Source: Spirogloea muscicola (Eukaryota). From it: a stretch of 64,000 nucleotides of DNA. The stretch's first letter is position 1, and each line of letters opens with the position of its first letter. The stretch lies in NCBI GenBank assembly GCA_009602725.1, contig WELB01000007.1, forward strand, positions 933,295 through 997,294, in the 5' to 3' direction. The position numbers and the translations under genes were made by a program. The notes under the pieces are model-generated. The model was given only the letters and a program-made list of their open reading frames with translations. It had not been told where the DNA came from and made no database searches. Below are positions 25,201-40,200 of the stretch, in pieces.

Positions 25201-28200
25201 CAAGGACAAAGCACAAAGGCAGGAATAGGGGATCAATTATTTTGTGCTTCAGTTGGTCTCTCCTTGTCATTCTCGTCCCTCTTCGCTCGTGGCATCTAGA
25301 GATTTCTGCTCTCTATGGCTTGATGACTGCAGGGGGCTATGGTACGATACTTGGAAGGGAGGGGGAAAGTCAAGGACGTAAAGGCTACCAAGCAGCTCAT
25401 GTTGCTGCTTACCTCGCCACTGGAGAAATTCAGTGACATTGTGACTGTCCTTCTTCTTGAACATTTTCCTCGCCTAATGGACCACCTCGACACAGGGACA
25501 AACAAAATTATGGCCTCTGTCATTGTCCAGAGCATCCTGAAAAATGGAACAATCATACAAGAGTCTGCCACGGTAAGGCCCAGCGATGCCTTAAGCAGCC
25601 ATCAGGTACCTTGAGTGAGGAGTTCACCTTGTCCTTTTTGATATTAAGGCATGCGACACGAACTGAAGTAGGTGACCCTGCCATACATTAAAGTGGCTCC
25701 TAAGTTTTGACTCCTACTTTACTGAAAGTAGCTTGCCGGGGATTGTCCTGTTTTCAAGGTGGAAGCTTTGCTCGACCTTCTTAAGGAGCTCGTCCAGGAG
25801 ACAGATGATGCAGTACCACTTGACGAGGTTGGTAGGGGGCCCTTGCCTCTACTCACCTTCGTAAGCTAGACAATAGGTACTCTCATAGCTATACCTGTTT
25901 GCTGTCTTCAACCTGAGCGTCTGTGCTTGGTCTGCACTGAGATGCAGTAGTGGCACATGATCAAAACTGTGGCCTTTCCCTATTTGCATGTTCAGTCGGA
26001 CCATGAGGATTTCCTGGACGAGCAAGGACTTGTTGCCAAACTTGTGCACGTCTTGTCCACTGAGGATCCTGAGGAGATGTTTAAGGTGACATCATAAGGC
26101 TGTCCTTATGCATCAACGACTATGCAAAGAATTACATATTGACAAACTTGTTGTGCACTGAGCGAAATGGACACCGGCCTGCCATTTTGCTGCACAATAG
26201 CTGGTACAGCTGGCTCAGTCTCCAGTCTCGTCCTACTTAGACTTGCAGAAAGTCAGACACTTGGGGCTTAAGACCGAGGGCAATCAGTCAGTCTACTGCT
26301 CTTAACAGGTAGCAAATTTAGGATTTCAGGCCTCAGATGCTACACCGCAAAAGTGTCGAAGAAGGCCCGCATGATTTGTCACACCACTTTGCAGGTAAAT
26401 CCTGCTTAGGTTGTGATCACGTGGGCTGCTGCTTGAAAGTGTGTTGCAGATACTCTCCACAACAAGGAAGCACTTGGCTTCTGGAGGTTCCAAACGGCTT
26501 CCCTACACCTACCCATCCCTTGTCTTCTGCACTCTGAAGGTAAGCAGGACAATTGTGCTTGCAGCTGTTCTGATGCAGCTGTGGCTGATCCATGAGCACT
26601 TAATGTGGACTCTCTGCACAAGTAGCAATCTGTCCATAACCAGTATGAAGATGTACATGAAGAGCAGAGTATGCTCGGCTTCTGTTGCACACCGCCTGAT
26701 AAACAGCTGTGCTGCAGATCTGATTGACAGTTTCCTTGGTTGTTACTCTGCAACAGTTGGTTCGAAGTCTGCAGAATGTTGAGGAGTCTGAGGAGGCTGA
26801 AGGAGTCAGCAGAAGTAAATTGTTCAGATTTCTTCATCAAGTTCGTTCCTAGTCACCCCTTGATAAGTAGAAGAGTGCTGTCCAGCTTCAGAAGCAGCGC
26901 ATAAGTGTCCTTGTCTCAGGGAGCCGCCAAATCAATATTTCATATTGGGTCTTCGACATAGAACGCAACCTGGTCACAATGTATCAGTGGTTCGACCCGC
27001 TTACATAGCAGCGTCTTATGGTATGCTCTTGCTAGGCATGGCTGATGAAAATCTGAAGTCATGGAACCATTTGGCTAAATGTCCCCTCAATACAGACACT
27101 TGAAGAACTGGCCATGGTTCCCGCTTCAGAGTTGGCATTACAACTCTATTTACAGTGTGCGGAGGCAAGTATCCTACTTGCAGACTGGCTTTGAGAGACC
27201 AGATATCTGGTGATAGCATTACGGCTTGTTGGGTGATTGCCTCAATTTCTCACCAGATATTTGAACAGAATCACTGTAGGCTGCTCAGCCTGCACATATG
27301 GTGTGTGCACACAGTCTTTAGTCCGTTCCTAGGCTGGCTATCATGCTGGAGTACTGTTGGCTTGTGCTTCTGCCTGCTTCATGGTACTCGTCATTTTGGT
27401 TGCAGGCTGCCAGCGAATGTCAGATGGAAGACCTTGCATACGAGTTCTTTACGCAGGCATTTGTCTTGTACGAGGAGGACATATCTGTAAGTACGGTTGA
27501 CCCTTGTGTCTTGCGTGCCTGTTGCTTTCAAGATGTACACTATTTTGAGATTGCCACCACCTTAGCTACCAGGTGTGGCCCAAGCCTCCTTCTCCATGTC
27601 GAGCAAAGTAGCACCAGTCTTTTGCTGATTATTACGAGGGTCCTTCATGATGCAGGACTCTAAGGCTCAAATCACGGCAATCTACCTCATCATTGGGACA
27701 CTCCAGAGGACGCTAGTCTTTGGGCCTGAGAATCGTGACACCCTTACTCACAAGGCCACAGGGGTCAGTGTCATCAATTTGATGCTCTACCTGTTGCCTT
27801 CTGCCAGATGTCGCCCAACCTCAAACCTTACTCTTCTTGACCATAAGCCCTAGTATCCTCGTCTCTATTGTTCCATTGGCTTTGCTGAAAAGTATGAGCT
27901 GCGTGCCTCAAGTGCACCAGCAGCATCTTTTGCTCATTGAGTTGGGCTTACAGTCGTGGCATTGTAGATGTCAAGAATACATTTCTACACAAGTTGCCAT
28001 CTCCCTTGTGCTTTTTGTATGCTGCAGCCCTGCAGCTCGTAATGTTTACGAGCAAGGGCGCAATCTTGCAATGTCAGCAATTGCTGCCATGTAGCAACAA
28101 CATCAGCTTGCTATCGTTTACTGATGTGGGTAATATAATTGTGCTGGCAGTACTCAGCAAAGTTGCTCAAAAGGCCGGACCAGTGCCGCGCAGTGTACAC

Positions 28201-28938
28201 CTGTTCCCACCTCTTCTGGAATGACGATGAACGTGGAGTCCGTGACGGAGAGAGGTGTGTCTGCCACCTCCCCCCCCTGCTCGTCACGCAGGAGCTTCTT
28301 GACTACTGGCTGACATGCTCTTTGATGTGCTCTCACCATTTACCTACTTGCTATGATTAATGCAATGCAGATACTGTCGCTTGCCAGTGTCCATTGTGCA
28401 CTACTTGGCATGCCGCTTCGACTGACAGCATTCTCGCCCTTGATTGAATGCTTGCAGGGTGGTCCTCTGCCTTAAGCGGGCGTTAAAGATTGCGAATGCC
28501 GCTCAGAGGATGTCCAGTGCTGCGCGGGGCAGCTCGGGGCCAGCAACGCTCTTTGTGGAGCTTCTGAACAAGTGAGCATTCATTAAGCCTGCAGTCCCAG
28601 ACACACGAGATACAAATTGATGTCCACATCATGAAGCAAGCTTACCTTAAGAAGTGAGCACAAGCTTCTGGTCTGACCACTCATTTCCAGCTGAAGCCCA
28701 GCCATACTGTCAATATGTCACCAGGTACTTGTACTTTTTCGACAAGGGCACCCCGCAGGTGACGAGCAATGTCATCCAGGGTCTGCTGCAGCTGATTGCG
28801 GCAGAGATGGCCAACGAGAGTGCAGCACAGGATGATGCCACTGAAACATTGTACCGGAACACAGTTGCCCATATTGCATACATGAAGCAGAAGGGTGGCG
28901 AGCAGGGTGCGCGGTATGATTTGGTACAGGTCAACTGA
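22259..28938 (+). CDS. VPS35: Retromer subunit VPS35, multi-exon
   Basis: [66 protein letters not shown] (PRLYL motif), [59 protein letters not shown]. Confidence 0.96.
22656..22868 (+). other. U12-type (minor spliceosome) GT-AG intron in VPS35
   Basis: 5' site GTATCCTC; branch point TCCTTGAC at 22851-22858, ~11 nt from the AG; no polypyrimidine tract. Splicing restores YELY-MRIFD. Confidence 0.85.
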
Positions 28939-29242
28939 GCATGGGGGTTGTACTTGTGCAATAGTGGCTCATGTGCTCATGAGCTGACCGCTATGCAGCA
29001 CCTGGTGAGGTTCCCCCCGCCATCTTTGCCAAGCCAAGCTTCTGCTTAACGATCTGCTTGGAAGCATTCATTGGCTCAAGATGTTACAAGGCATGGTCAC
29101 AAATGCAGTGGCTGCTCCTCATGGAACACGTCCTTGCCACGACTTGACCTGTATGCTCCTTGCAAGGCTCCAAAGCGTGCTTAGGCGCGAGTCTGCAATG
29201 GCTTGCTGATGTGGACTTGATGCGTCAGTCTTTAGTACAGTG

Positions 29243-30832
29243 TCACTTCTTTGCAGCAGCGATCATGCCAGTCTGGCGTGCATAATTGAAGATGCCACCT
29301 GCGTCTATGACTGGCCCAGCCTCGCCGATGGGTCGCAGGCTGTGCTGCTCGCCTGATGTGTGATGTATCAACACATCGTTCTCAAGGTCCACCGTGACCT
29401 TGTCACCCGTCTGACCACCGGTGCCAATCAGGTGTACAGATGCAGAGTCAGTAGTGCCCGAATAGACACTTGTTGAGTGGCGGCGTGGCAGAGTGCAGGT
29501 TAGGCAGTAGGATTGAACTTCAGAATGGCCTAAACAACATGGCTGAATTTGACATTGTTGACAGCAAGGGCCGCTGTGTTCGTTTGTGATGGGGAGACGA
29601 GTGATGAGAGGCACCTTGACCATGTCACAGAGGCGGGCGTCAATCTCGACTGGGTAGAGCTCGCCCGTTGCAACGCAGTTGCGAAAGAAGATGCGAGCGA
29701 AGGACTGGGCAACGACTGTGCGGCAGCCCGCTGCGCCCATGGCCACTGGCGCGTGCTCCCGCGACGACCCGCAGCCAAAGTTGGCGCCACCCACAATGAT
29801 GGCATACTCTGTCTTGGTCTTGCCCTCCTACTCCATAACGATAATCGGGCGCACTATCATCAGTCTCGAGCAATGCAGCATCAAGAATCTTGAAGTCATG
29901 GTGAGCAGCATAACCTCCACAAATGAGGGTGTGAGTGGATGAGCTGACCAGAGGAGAAGGTGAGCAAAGGCAAGCACGAGGAAGAGAAAGAAGGGGAAGG
30001 ATGCAAGTTAGGCGCAAGGGAGATGAAGGCTACTAGGAGGTGGGCAAAGGGATGAAAGTAAAGAGGTGGGCAAGGGGGGGGGGTGATACAGAAGGAGGGT
30101 GGGGGTGGACAGGTGACTTGCAAGCGTTGGAGGGAGACAAACAGAAAGTAAGGGGGATGACACATCCGAAACCAAAAGGGAGAATGGGGAAAGAGAGCAG
30201 GAATATGACGAAATAGTCCCAGCTTTGATATAGGTATAGGGAAGGGGGTGTGTGGAGAGAGTGTGCAAGGGAATACAGCGTGTCTTGAAAGACGGAGGGG
30301 CTAAGTCAAAAGGCAGGCACGTCTACGAATGCAGGCCGCCGGCTGCTACACCCACTTGGTAAGGAGCCGCAGGTCAGTACGTAGAGATCGCTCACCGAAG
30401 CCCCAAGCGAGGACACTGCAGGCTGCAAGCGCCCCTGCCCACAACGAGAGCTTGCCCAGAGGGAGGAGGGAAGGGGGGCTTCACCTGGACGTACGGGCCG
30501 AGGTGGGCGGGCAAGCCGCACATGGCGTAGGAGCCGAGCTTCTGGTACTCGTCGGGGCGGCTGGGCACGAGCGTCAGGTACTCGGCGGGGATGATCTGGT
30601 CCGTGTCGACGTTGTCGCCCACCACGAAGCAGCGCCCGCGGATCACCCGCCCCGAGACCTGCGGCTGAGGGTTTTGGGTTCAGGTTTAGGGTTCACTAAC
30701 TAGTGTTCATGGGATCGCCCGGACCGCGCAGGCAGGCGGGCGGCGGGCGAGCCGGTCGTCTGATCGGCTCGCGGTCGCACCTGCAGCTCGCCGCCGGCGG
30801 CGGCGGCGATGGCGCAGCACCGGGCGCGCCCG
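29243..30832 (-). CDS. leuD: 3-isopropylmalate dehydratase (isomerase) small subunit, plastid-type; start codon lost in the gap
   Basis: Exons encode [49 protein letters not shown] and [21 protein letters not shown]. An Ala/Arg-rich transit-peptide-like exon lies at 30781-30832. Confidence 0.93.
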
Positions 30833-30834
30833 GG

Positions 30835-31252
<418 letters not shown>

Positions 31253-34200
31253 CGCCACCGCGGCGGCCGCCGGCTGCCTGCGCCCGGCGCTGCTGCGCCT
31301 CGTCGAGCGCGTCGTCGGCGACGCCCGCCGTGGCGCTGGCGATGCAGCGCACGAGCGTACGGCCGTGGCCCTCGGCGTTCTGCTGCAGCTCTTTCCGCAC
31401 CTCCTGCCGTGAGCAGCCACCAGCGCTCCACTACCAAGCCGTCTCCTCACCTCGTTGTTTAGTCCGCTCCCTCGCTTCCATGGCACAAGGGCTTGTCAAT
31501 TGCCGGCCGGTTTCTGGCACAGCTAGCGACCACCATGTGCTGACTCGTAGTTACTGAGCGGGTCAGCTTAGCAGCAGGTGGCGTACAGCTGTCAAACGTG
31601 CTTGCCTTTGTACTTGGCCACTCAGGCCCCTCCATCACTCTACACACTCCATTCCTCGGTCCACCATGGCAGTGCACCATTGTGGCCAGTGACCTCGCGA
31701 AAACCGTCATAAACCCCCGAGCTTGCCCATTGGGGTCTGGCACCCTGACTTTGCGCCGTGACGACGCTGCCGACGGCGCGCAGGCTTGTGCAGGAGTACT
31801 ATTCCTTCGCCCCGCCGCCTTTTGCCCGCATGCTGCCACGCCCGCCCAGCGCTCTTCCTTTCAGCGCGGCACCAGTGAGCTCCGATTATGCGTCTCGCTG
31901 GGACACTGCAATTGCTTTCAATGAAGAGTTGGGTTTGGGGTTTACCTTAAACCTAACTTCAAACCCTAAACTTCTAACATGCCCTTGAGGGGATGGCAGG
32001 AGCTTTCGATGGTGGACATCCTCGCGGCCTCGTACCGGCTGCTCACGGCGGAGGCAGCTATCTTCGGGCCGCTGTGGGACTGGTCGCCGCTGGCTAGCCT
32101 CCTCCTCCCGCAACCAGCGGCGGCGGCATTGCCGACCTCGGAGAACTTAGTGGCGGCCATGGGGATATGGGAGGCGGACAACAACGGGGCCGGCGAGAGC
32201 CAGGTGCGGTGGCTGGCGGGCCAGGCCCTGGCGCTGGTCCTCCGCATGGGCGATGGCCCCCGGCGCCGCCTCTTCCGCCACACTGCAGGGCTGCCGCGCC
32301 GCGAGGAGCTCGCCTGCATCCTCTGGTGAGAGCCGCGTCGGCAGAACGAGTAGCAGCAGAAAGGTGCCACTGCGGCGAGCCGGTTAGGTGGAGGCGGATC
32401 TGCCGAATCGCACTAATGGAAAACTGCCTGGGTTGCTTTCGTCTTGTGGTGCAGGTGGCAGGAGCTGGAGAGGCAGCTGGCGGCGGAGCGGGCGCGGTCC
32501 TTCCTTGAGCCCGTCCTCGACCCGCTGTCGAGGGGGGGAACGGAAGCCTCAACGTCAGGCCCGGCGCCAAGGAGGGGAGGCCTCTATGTGTCCGTGTGCG
32601 GCGTCCAGCTTCCGCGGCGCTCCATGGCCAGGTGCAGCCTTGTGCATAGCCTGATGACTACCTTTGAAGTGGGTGAACGAAAGCCTAGATGAAGTCAATT
32701 TATTATAACAATGTTTTAGTGCTTCTGAGTTGAGAAATCAGCTATTGACTTAGTTATACAAGTTCAGTTCAGATCCTACATCTGTTACTACTCTATTATC
32801 ACATGTAGCCCTTGCTTCAAATTCTGATGAGACGCTGTGAATGCCGGAGGCCTTGCCTAGCAGCGGCAAAGCGGTAGCTGCTTTGGCAGCCCCGGCTGCG
32901 GTGCCTCACGGAGATAACATGGTGCTGACAACGACAACATCGAACAACCTGGAGGCGATCGCCATCGCGCTCTGCCGCCGGCGGCCAGTGCTGCTCGAGG
33001 GCCCCTCTGGTGTTGGCAAGTCGGCGCTGATCGACGAGGTCGCACGCCTCACAGACAACTTCGGTGCACAACCCGATTGCCAAGTCTTGAGACACTTTTG
33101 ATCCTGAATTCATAAGCTCTTGAACTTGAAGTCCATGAGACCAGCTCGTATAAGATGTTTCCCACATCTGGGAGGTTCACTTGCACCCTGTCGGCAGGCT
33201 TGAGCCCGCTCTTGTGACTCGACGGCAGGTGGTGACATAGTCCGCTCGTTGTGCTTACACACAGACGTGGTGAAGGTCCACCTGGACGACCAAATGGACA
33301 GCAAGACGCTCCTGGGCACGTACGTCTGCACTGACACCCCCGGCGAATTCCGCTGGCAGCCTGGCGCGCTCACCCAGGTCCTCGCCTGATTTCTTACATC
33401 CCCTGGATTTTGTGAATTACCATTACTTATAATGTCTACCTCTTCAGCTCTGAGCACCAGTGTAACACTATGCATCCGGTTGCTCGCTGCCATACTTGCG
33501 CAGGCCGTTAACCAGGGCCTGTGGGTGGTCTTTGAAGACGTGGACATGGCGCCCTCTGAAGTGCTGTCAGCACTCATCCCCCTGCTAGAAGACCGCCGGC
33601 TGTACATCCCGGGCCGCGGAGAGGTGCACGCGTGCCGCCAATCCCAAGCTGGTTGCATGTCTCGCCTCAGTGACAGCTCTGGCATCTAATGTTGCTATTG
33701 AGAAGAGATTGCTGAATGTCTGCTGGATCTAGCAAGCAGATTCGCTTGCTTGACAACCAGTGAGAGGGGGAACTTGAGGCTGCGGTGTTTGCTCCTTCTC
33801 CAACTTTGTAATGCTAGGGCCTACTGGGCTTTCTGAGGAACAGATTTCTGCTGCACCGTAGTTTCGCCTGCGAAACTGGGTGCAAGGTGTTCATATGTGT
33901 GCAAAGTGCGAGTCTTTCATCCCTGGCCCCAATTCCAGCTCCCAGGTTGACAACTAATTACTGACCAGATAATGACGGCTGCAGGTGGTGGAGGCGCATC
34001 CCGCATTCCAGATGTTTGCAACAGTGACAACCGGAGCCAGTGGTCGAGTCCTGGCAGGTGCGGCAGTCGGGCACAGGCAGGAAGCAGTGTGGAGTCTAAG
34101 CGAAATTCCTGCTCTGATCCGACCTCAGTAACACCTATGTTCTCTTCCATGCAGGCAGCGATGTCCTGAGGGGATTGTGGACCCACGTTAATATTCATCC

Positions 34201-37200
34201 GGCTGCCGACAACGAGCTGCATCAGATTGTTGAGAGCAAATTCCCGACACTTGGGCCCATTGCTAGCAAATTGATAGGTGAGCTGCGGGCTGTACATCGT
34301 GACAGAGTGCTGCCGCTCGCTGTGGCGAGTGATCACAGCAGGTTGAAGTTTCTGTGAGCTGGTCAGCCCAGCTTGCAACAAGTATTGAAATGTTAATGAC
34401 ACTGTAAGCTTAGTGTAGTAGCCCACACTTCCTATCACTTCGAGACTTTGCCATGTCTATTTCATGGTTAGCAACGACCTCTCCAAAGTCGTCTTTGCTA
34501 TACTGAATATCAATGGATGGTATCCTGGTTCTCAGTTTCTGAAGGGTTTGCGCGCCAATGATGCAGAGACATTGAGAGCAATGAAGAGGTTCACTGCTGA
34601 AGCCCGTCAAGCTGTCTTCACGGAGACTGTGGCAGCAGGCACTGATGCAGTTTTAGTGACCCGCCAATTTTCCACCAGGTCATATGCAGCCTTGAGCCCA
34701 CCAAGGCCTGTGTACAATCTTAGTCCAGTCTAAAAGAACTAGTGACTCATGCCTTGCCAGACGGGCCAGGGCAATGACTTCTTGCGGTATTAATGTCCTT
34801 CTAGCCCTGCAAGCTGCAGGCTTCTAGTGCCGAGGATGCCATGTGGTGGTCTGCCTGATCCTTACTTTCTTACTCATTTTTACTCGTTACTCAGCTACGA
34901 GGTCACTAAACACCACATCCACGTCAAACCCTGAAGCCTCTGTGGCTCAGTCAGTTGCATCTACGGGCATCATAGTGAAGCTAAAGGTCAGTGTTGTGGA
35001 TGTGCTATCTACTGACGCTCTCACTGCCTTGGCTTCCGCAGAGACCTACTCAAGTTGTGCAAGCGGTTGGCAGCACTTGGAGCCTCCCTTTTAACTGGCC
35101 CAGTGCTCTCCGACCACGCTCGCGAGCTTGTCTTCTTGGAGGTGCACTGCCAGAAACATACTTGAGTGACTGGAGACTTTGCCTTTGAAGAGTTTGGCTT
35201 GCCTCTCACTCTGGTGCATGCAGGTGCTAGTCACTCACAATGGCAGGCCACATGGACGGAAGGCCGTTCCGTCCATTGTGGCTGAGGTCAAAAGCTTAAT
35301 ACTGATGATCACCATGTCAGCAGCTTGGTACGGCTCTTGTGATCCTGATAGAGCAAGTAGCTGTCGTTCTGCAGGCCCTGGATTGCTTCGTGGGCTCCGT
35401 TGCGCGCCCTGTGTACCGGCAGCACATGGCGGCCACCATTGGCAGCCTGTGGGGAGTGTCTGTCGACCGTGTCAGATACTTCCTGGCGCTTCACAAGCCC
35501 ACTCTTCAAGTATTTGCTTGGCCTGATGCTCTGAACTCAAGGCTTAAGCACACATTGTAATTAGTGGTATGCTGGAGGGTGGTGCCTGGCTTCTGCTTAT
35601 CATGTGCGGAGATACTTTCACCTGCTCTTGACTTATTGGCATTGCTGAAGCAGCGGCATGCTTTGGTCACACTAAGCTCAGTGCTCTGCATTTCATTAAT
35701 GCAGATAAATACCCGAGAAGCGCACATTGGTCGTGCAAGTCTTCCTGTCCGGCGTCCAGAGGTGTGATTGTCTGCTGTCACAATCATCATTGTTTCCTTG
35801 CTCTTCCGTGGCTGTTGCTCCATGCAATTATGTTAGCATCCGATGTGGGCTCATCCAGTTTTGCGTGGAATCTCCTGAGCCAGGGCATGGGCACGCGTCA
35901 AGGGGCTGGCGAGCCAAGGTTTGCTGCCACCGGCCACGTAGCCCGGCTGCTGGAGAAAATTACAGTGGCAACCAGGTCCCTTGAGCCTGTCCTGCTGGTT
36001 GGCGAAACGGGCACAGGGAAGACAGCGGCCGTGCAGTGGCTCGCTCGTCAGGCCAACGTTCCTCTCACCATTGTGGTGAGCAGGCCCAATCCCATAGCCG
36101 AGACCCCTCTGAGATAGCCCCTGTTCCTAGGGCCTACATGCCTTGTTTCCAGGCACTGTTGTTGTGCCGCGCAGTGAGAGCTAGTAGACATGACTCTTCA
36201 ACAGCTATGCAAACGCGTTAGTCTCACCCGTTTGTCTGACCTGTTGCTGATTCTCGCCAAGTCTGGCTGTTTGAGCTGCAGAATATGAGCCAGCAGAGCG
36301 ACAGCGCTGATCTTCTTGGCGGCTTCAAGCCAATTGAGAGCCAGGCCCTTTGCGGCCCCCTCCTGGATACCTTCAATAGATTGTTCCGACGCACTTTCTC
36401 CTACCAGGTACCTCCAATAAATGGGGCTGCCAGCTCGAAGTCCATCCTGCTCTCGCTTATTAGCGTGAGCTAATGTCATGGCCAGCTTAATATATTTCGA
36501 TGTCTTCAGCTGCATTGACTTTCAGTGACATGTACATGGATTACTCTCATATCACCTTCTCTGAGTTGCTGCAGCACAACCATGACTTCCTTGCCCGATT
36601 GCAAAAGTTTGCCGAGAAGAGCAGATGGGCACATCTGCTCAAGGCCTTTGATTTAGCTATGGAGAAAGTATCCGTTTTGCTCAAGGAGAGCAAAGGCGGT
36701 CTTCTTCAGCAGGAACAGGAAATGCAAGAAGGTCCCCGCAAGAGAAAGAAGAGGAAGCAGCTTGACAACGCGGTATGCGCTACTTAGTGGTGCCAGGTCA
36801 TGCTTAAGCTACATCCTTGTCCTCGCACAGGACCATCTACATTTGTGAGTCGTTCTTGTTCTTCTGAGGCTCTGATATTGTGAACTTCTCCCCTCAAATA
36901 TGGCAGACAGTAAATGAATGGCGAGACTTCAGGAAGGACCTGGATAGAGTCAAGCGGCAAGTGGAAGCCTCAGAAAATGCATTTGCGTTCTCCTTTGTTG
37001 AGGGAGCTCTTGTCAAGGTGCACATGCACAGCCCAGCGTTCACTCATCTGTCTGCTTGCGAGCAGGACAGGGGCGTTCATCACAACCCCTGGGCTGGCTC
37101 TGTGACATATCTTTCTTGTTGACTTAGGTGTTGTTGTTCTTTTTGAAATTCTGACTTGCCATTTCCAGACACCTAAAGGATGGGGCCGCACAATCATTTG

Positions 37201-40200
37201 CGTTCTGTGTGAAGGCTTTGGTGATGGGAAGATGGCTGCTGCTGGATGAAATTAATCTGGCTCCTGCGGATACCCTGGAGAGGCTGACCGGAGTCTTGGA
37301 AGGAGAGACTGGATCGCTTGCTCTTACTGAACGTGGCGATGTTGCGACTGTGAGTGTGTTTTTGGCTATGTCTAAATGGGTCTAAGAGGGCATCTTGCAC
37401 TGTTTGGCTGAGATGGCTCCTCGAGTTGCTCAGTATCGCTTTCAACGAGCTTCATGAAGAGGATCATAGTATCAGCAAGATTTCCGGAAGTGCTATCTGA
37501 CATCACCATTTCTGCAAGCAGACAGTGTTTGAAGAGAGCCCCCAGAGAGTGTCCAGAGAGTGTCCAGTCGTTTCGTCAAAATGTCTGCTTATACTTTTGA
37601 TGGACATCTGGAGGTCTTGGGGTTTGAGATGCATCCTTGTCTCATGATTTATGCAGGTTGTGAGGCATGAAGGCTTCAGAATTTTTGCATGTATGAACCC
37701 TGCCACCGACGTGGGCAAGAAGGACTTGCCACCGGGGCTTCGGCAGAGGTTCACTGAGATTTTTGTAGATGAGCTCACAGAACCTGAAGATCTCTGCCCG
37801 ATTGTATATCAGGTCAGGCCAGCTGAAGTCCATCAATTACACTGCTTCTTCATTATATCTGCAAATGGAGTCCTGCATGCACATTGTGCACCACAGATGC
37901 CTCTGCAGTAAACTATTCAGCTGAGTTAGTAGATTCTTGACTTGCCCTTGTTGCAGTATTTGGAAGGCACAAGCCCGTCTCCACCTGTGGATGATGTAGT
38001 AAACTTCTACTTGGCAGCACGGAGAGAAGCTGAGGTACTCCACTGCAGTTTTCAGTTTCGCCACTGTTTCTGCCAGAAAATTCTACCACCATGACCAGGT
38101 CTCAAGTACATACAGTATAGGTCATCCATGCAGATTATGGGGCTGCAACTTGACACCTGCTGTGGAGCAGGAGACACTGCTAGATGGAGCTAACCAGAGG
38201 CCACAGTACAGCCTACGGACTTTGACAAGGGCTCTGGAGTACACAAAGTCTGCTGTGGCAACATATGGCTTCCAGAGAGCCCTCTTTGACGGCTTCAGCA
38301 TGTCATTCCTCACGCTCCTTGAGGTATTTGCCTACTTTACAAGCCAGGAGTGTGGCAACACAGACTGGTACACTGCGGTGCATACAGACATGTTCAACAA
38401 TGCCAGCGTTCCATGAGTCACACATTTAAGGAGAGGAGGCTGAGTGGATGAAAGCGTCTGTCTAGCTGTGCTTGGGTTTTGCTTAGTAGACAAGGCTGAG
38501 TGGATGAAAATGGCTGTCTGCCGGTGCTATGTCTGCAGCGCCAGTGCAGGCCGACCATGGAGCACCTCATTGCCAAGCATCTACTGAAGCAAGTGGGAGA
38601 CTCCTCGCCCGCCTTCAAGTCGCTCCTCCGCCCTCCTCCTCAGCCGAGCCCTCACCATGTCCTGTTTGAGCACTTTTGGGTTGAGGGCGGAGATGCTCTT
38701 GAGCTTGGTCCCAGTGAGACGGCGGCAGACAGCGCGGGAGGCTACATACTCACCGAGAGTGTCCGGGAGCACCTGAAGAATCTTGCTCGAGCTGTGCTGG
38801 TCCGGAAGTACCCCATTTTGCTGCAGGTAAGCAGTTTGATGGTGTGCATCTGCGATACATTGTCATGAGTATCATGCTAGATAGCTTATGAGCCAAGCTC
38901 ACTGTTGACGCTCTGAAAGTTCTGCATGACCTTTAAGACCTTGTTCGACAACTTGCAGGGGCCCACTTCCAGCGGAAAGACGAGCTTGATTGAGTACATG
39001 GCAGGACGCACTGGGCATCGAGCTGTGCGAATCAACAACCATGAACACACTGATCTACAGGTTGATGCCGACAAAACCTGGTCTTTGATGCATTCTTTTG
39101 CTGTCCTTTCTTGTGGCACTGTAGTTTGATTATGCCAGCTCATGCCACCAGCATAATGTGCCATTGGGCACTCTTTGACATGTTACTGTTTGACTCAAAT
39201 CCCAGGAGTACCTGGGTTCTTACGTTACGGATACAGCTGGTAGACTTAAGTTCCAGGTCAGTTGCGTCAGTGCACCCATTTGCAGCCCGTGCTAGATGTT
39301 ATCATGCTTGTATTACAGTTTCCTATATGCAGTCACATGCACCTGTTTTGACTATATTTGTCACGTTTCTTACAGTGCATCATGTGCCTGTCATTATAAC
39401 AGGAGGGAATATTAGTGGAGGCCGTCAGGAAAGGCTACTGGATCATCCTGGATGAGTTGAATCTGGTAGAACTTTGTGCAAGGCTTTGGGCTCATTGATG
39501 TGTATCTTATCTGCTTATCACTCAATGTGATAAGGTAGTCTGCGGGTTGACCTGTGACAATGGCATGTTGTCGCACACAGGCTCCGTCAGATGTCTTGGA
39601 AGCCCTCAACAGGCTCTTGGACGACAACCGCGAGCTCTTCATCCCAGAGCTGCAGGCATGAAAGTTCTTAGCCTGCTTGTTGTTCTGCTTCATTGTTTCT
39701 GAGAGAAGCCAAAGGAGGCCCAGATCTCAGTAATGAAGCTCCTTGTTGACTTCTACATGCTGGGGTGCTTCACGCTTGACAGATGACCATCAAGCCGCAT
39801 CCTCACTTCCTGCTATTCGCTACCCAGAATCCCCCTGGCATCTATGGGGGCCGAAAGGTGTGCAATTGTGCCAGCTTGTGGCTTGGACGGAAGACCGAAT
39901 GTAGCTTCTCATGACTCGACACAAGGATCTTGAGTCAGCTCACTCATTTAGCATGGATTGCGTTTCGAAGTCCTTGTGCATGCATGCATTCATTGCTTGC
40001 CTGTAGCATTGCAGGTACTGTCAAGGGCGTTCAGGAATCGCTTTATGGAGCTCCATGTTGATGACATCCCTGAATCTGAATTGAGAGTGATCCTAGAGAA
40101 AAAGAGCCTCATACCTGGGAGGTAGGCTTGCCCAGAAGCTTCAAGGCATTCAACTTCTATTGGAACGTTCTGAATTGCACATTCTCTGCCATCAAGGAGA

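Noticed and set aside
29940..30300. Purine-rich low-complexity tract
   Set aside because: Pyrimidine-rich intron of the minus-strand leuD gene with no defined repeat unit.
38437..38510. 17-bp direct repeat AGGCTGAGTGGATGAAA in an MDN1 intron
   Set aside because: Isolated local duplication with no terminal repeats or coding signal.
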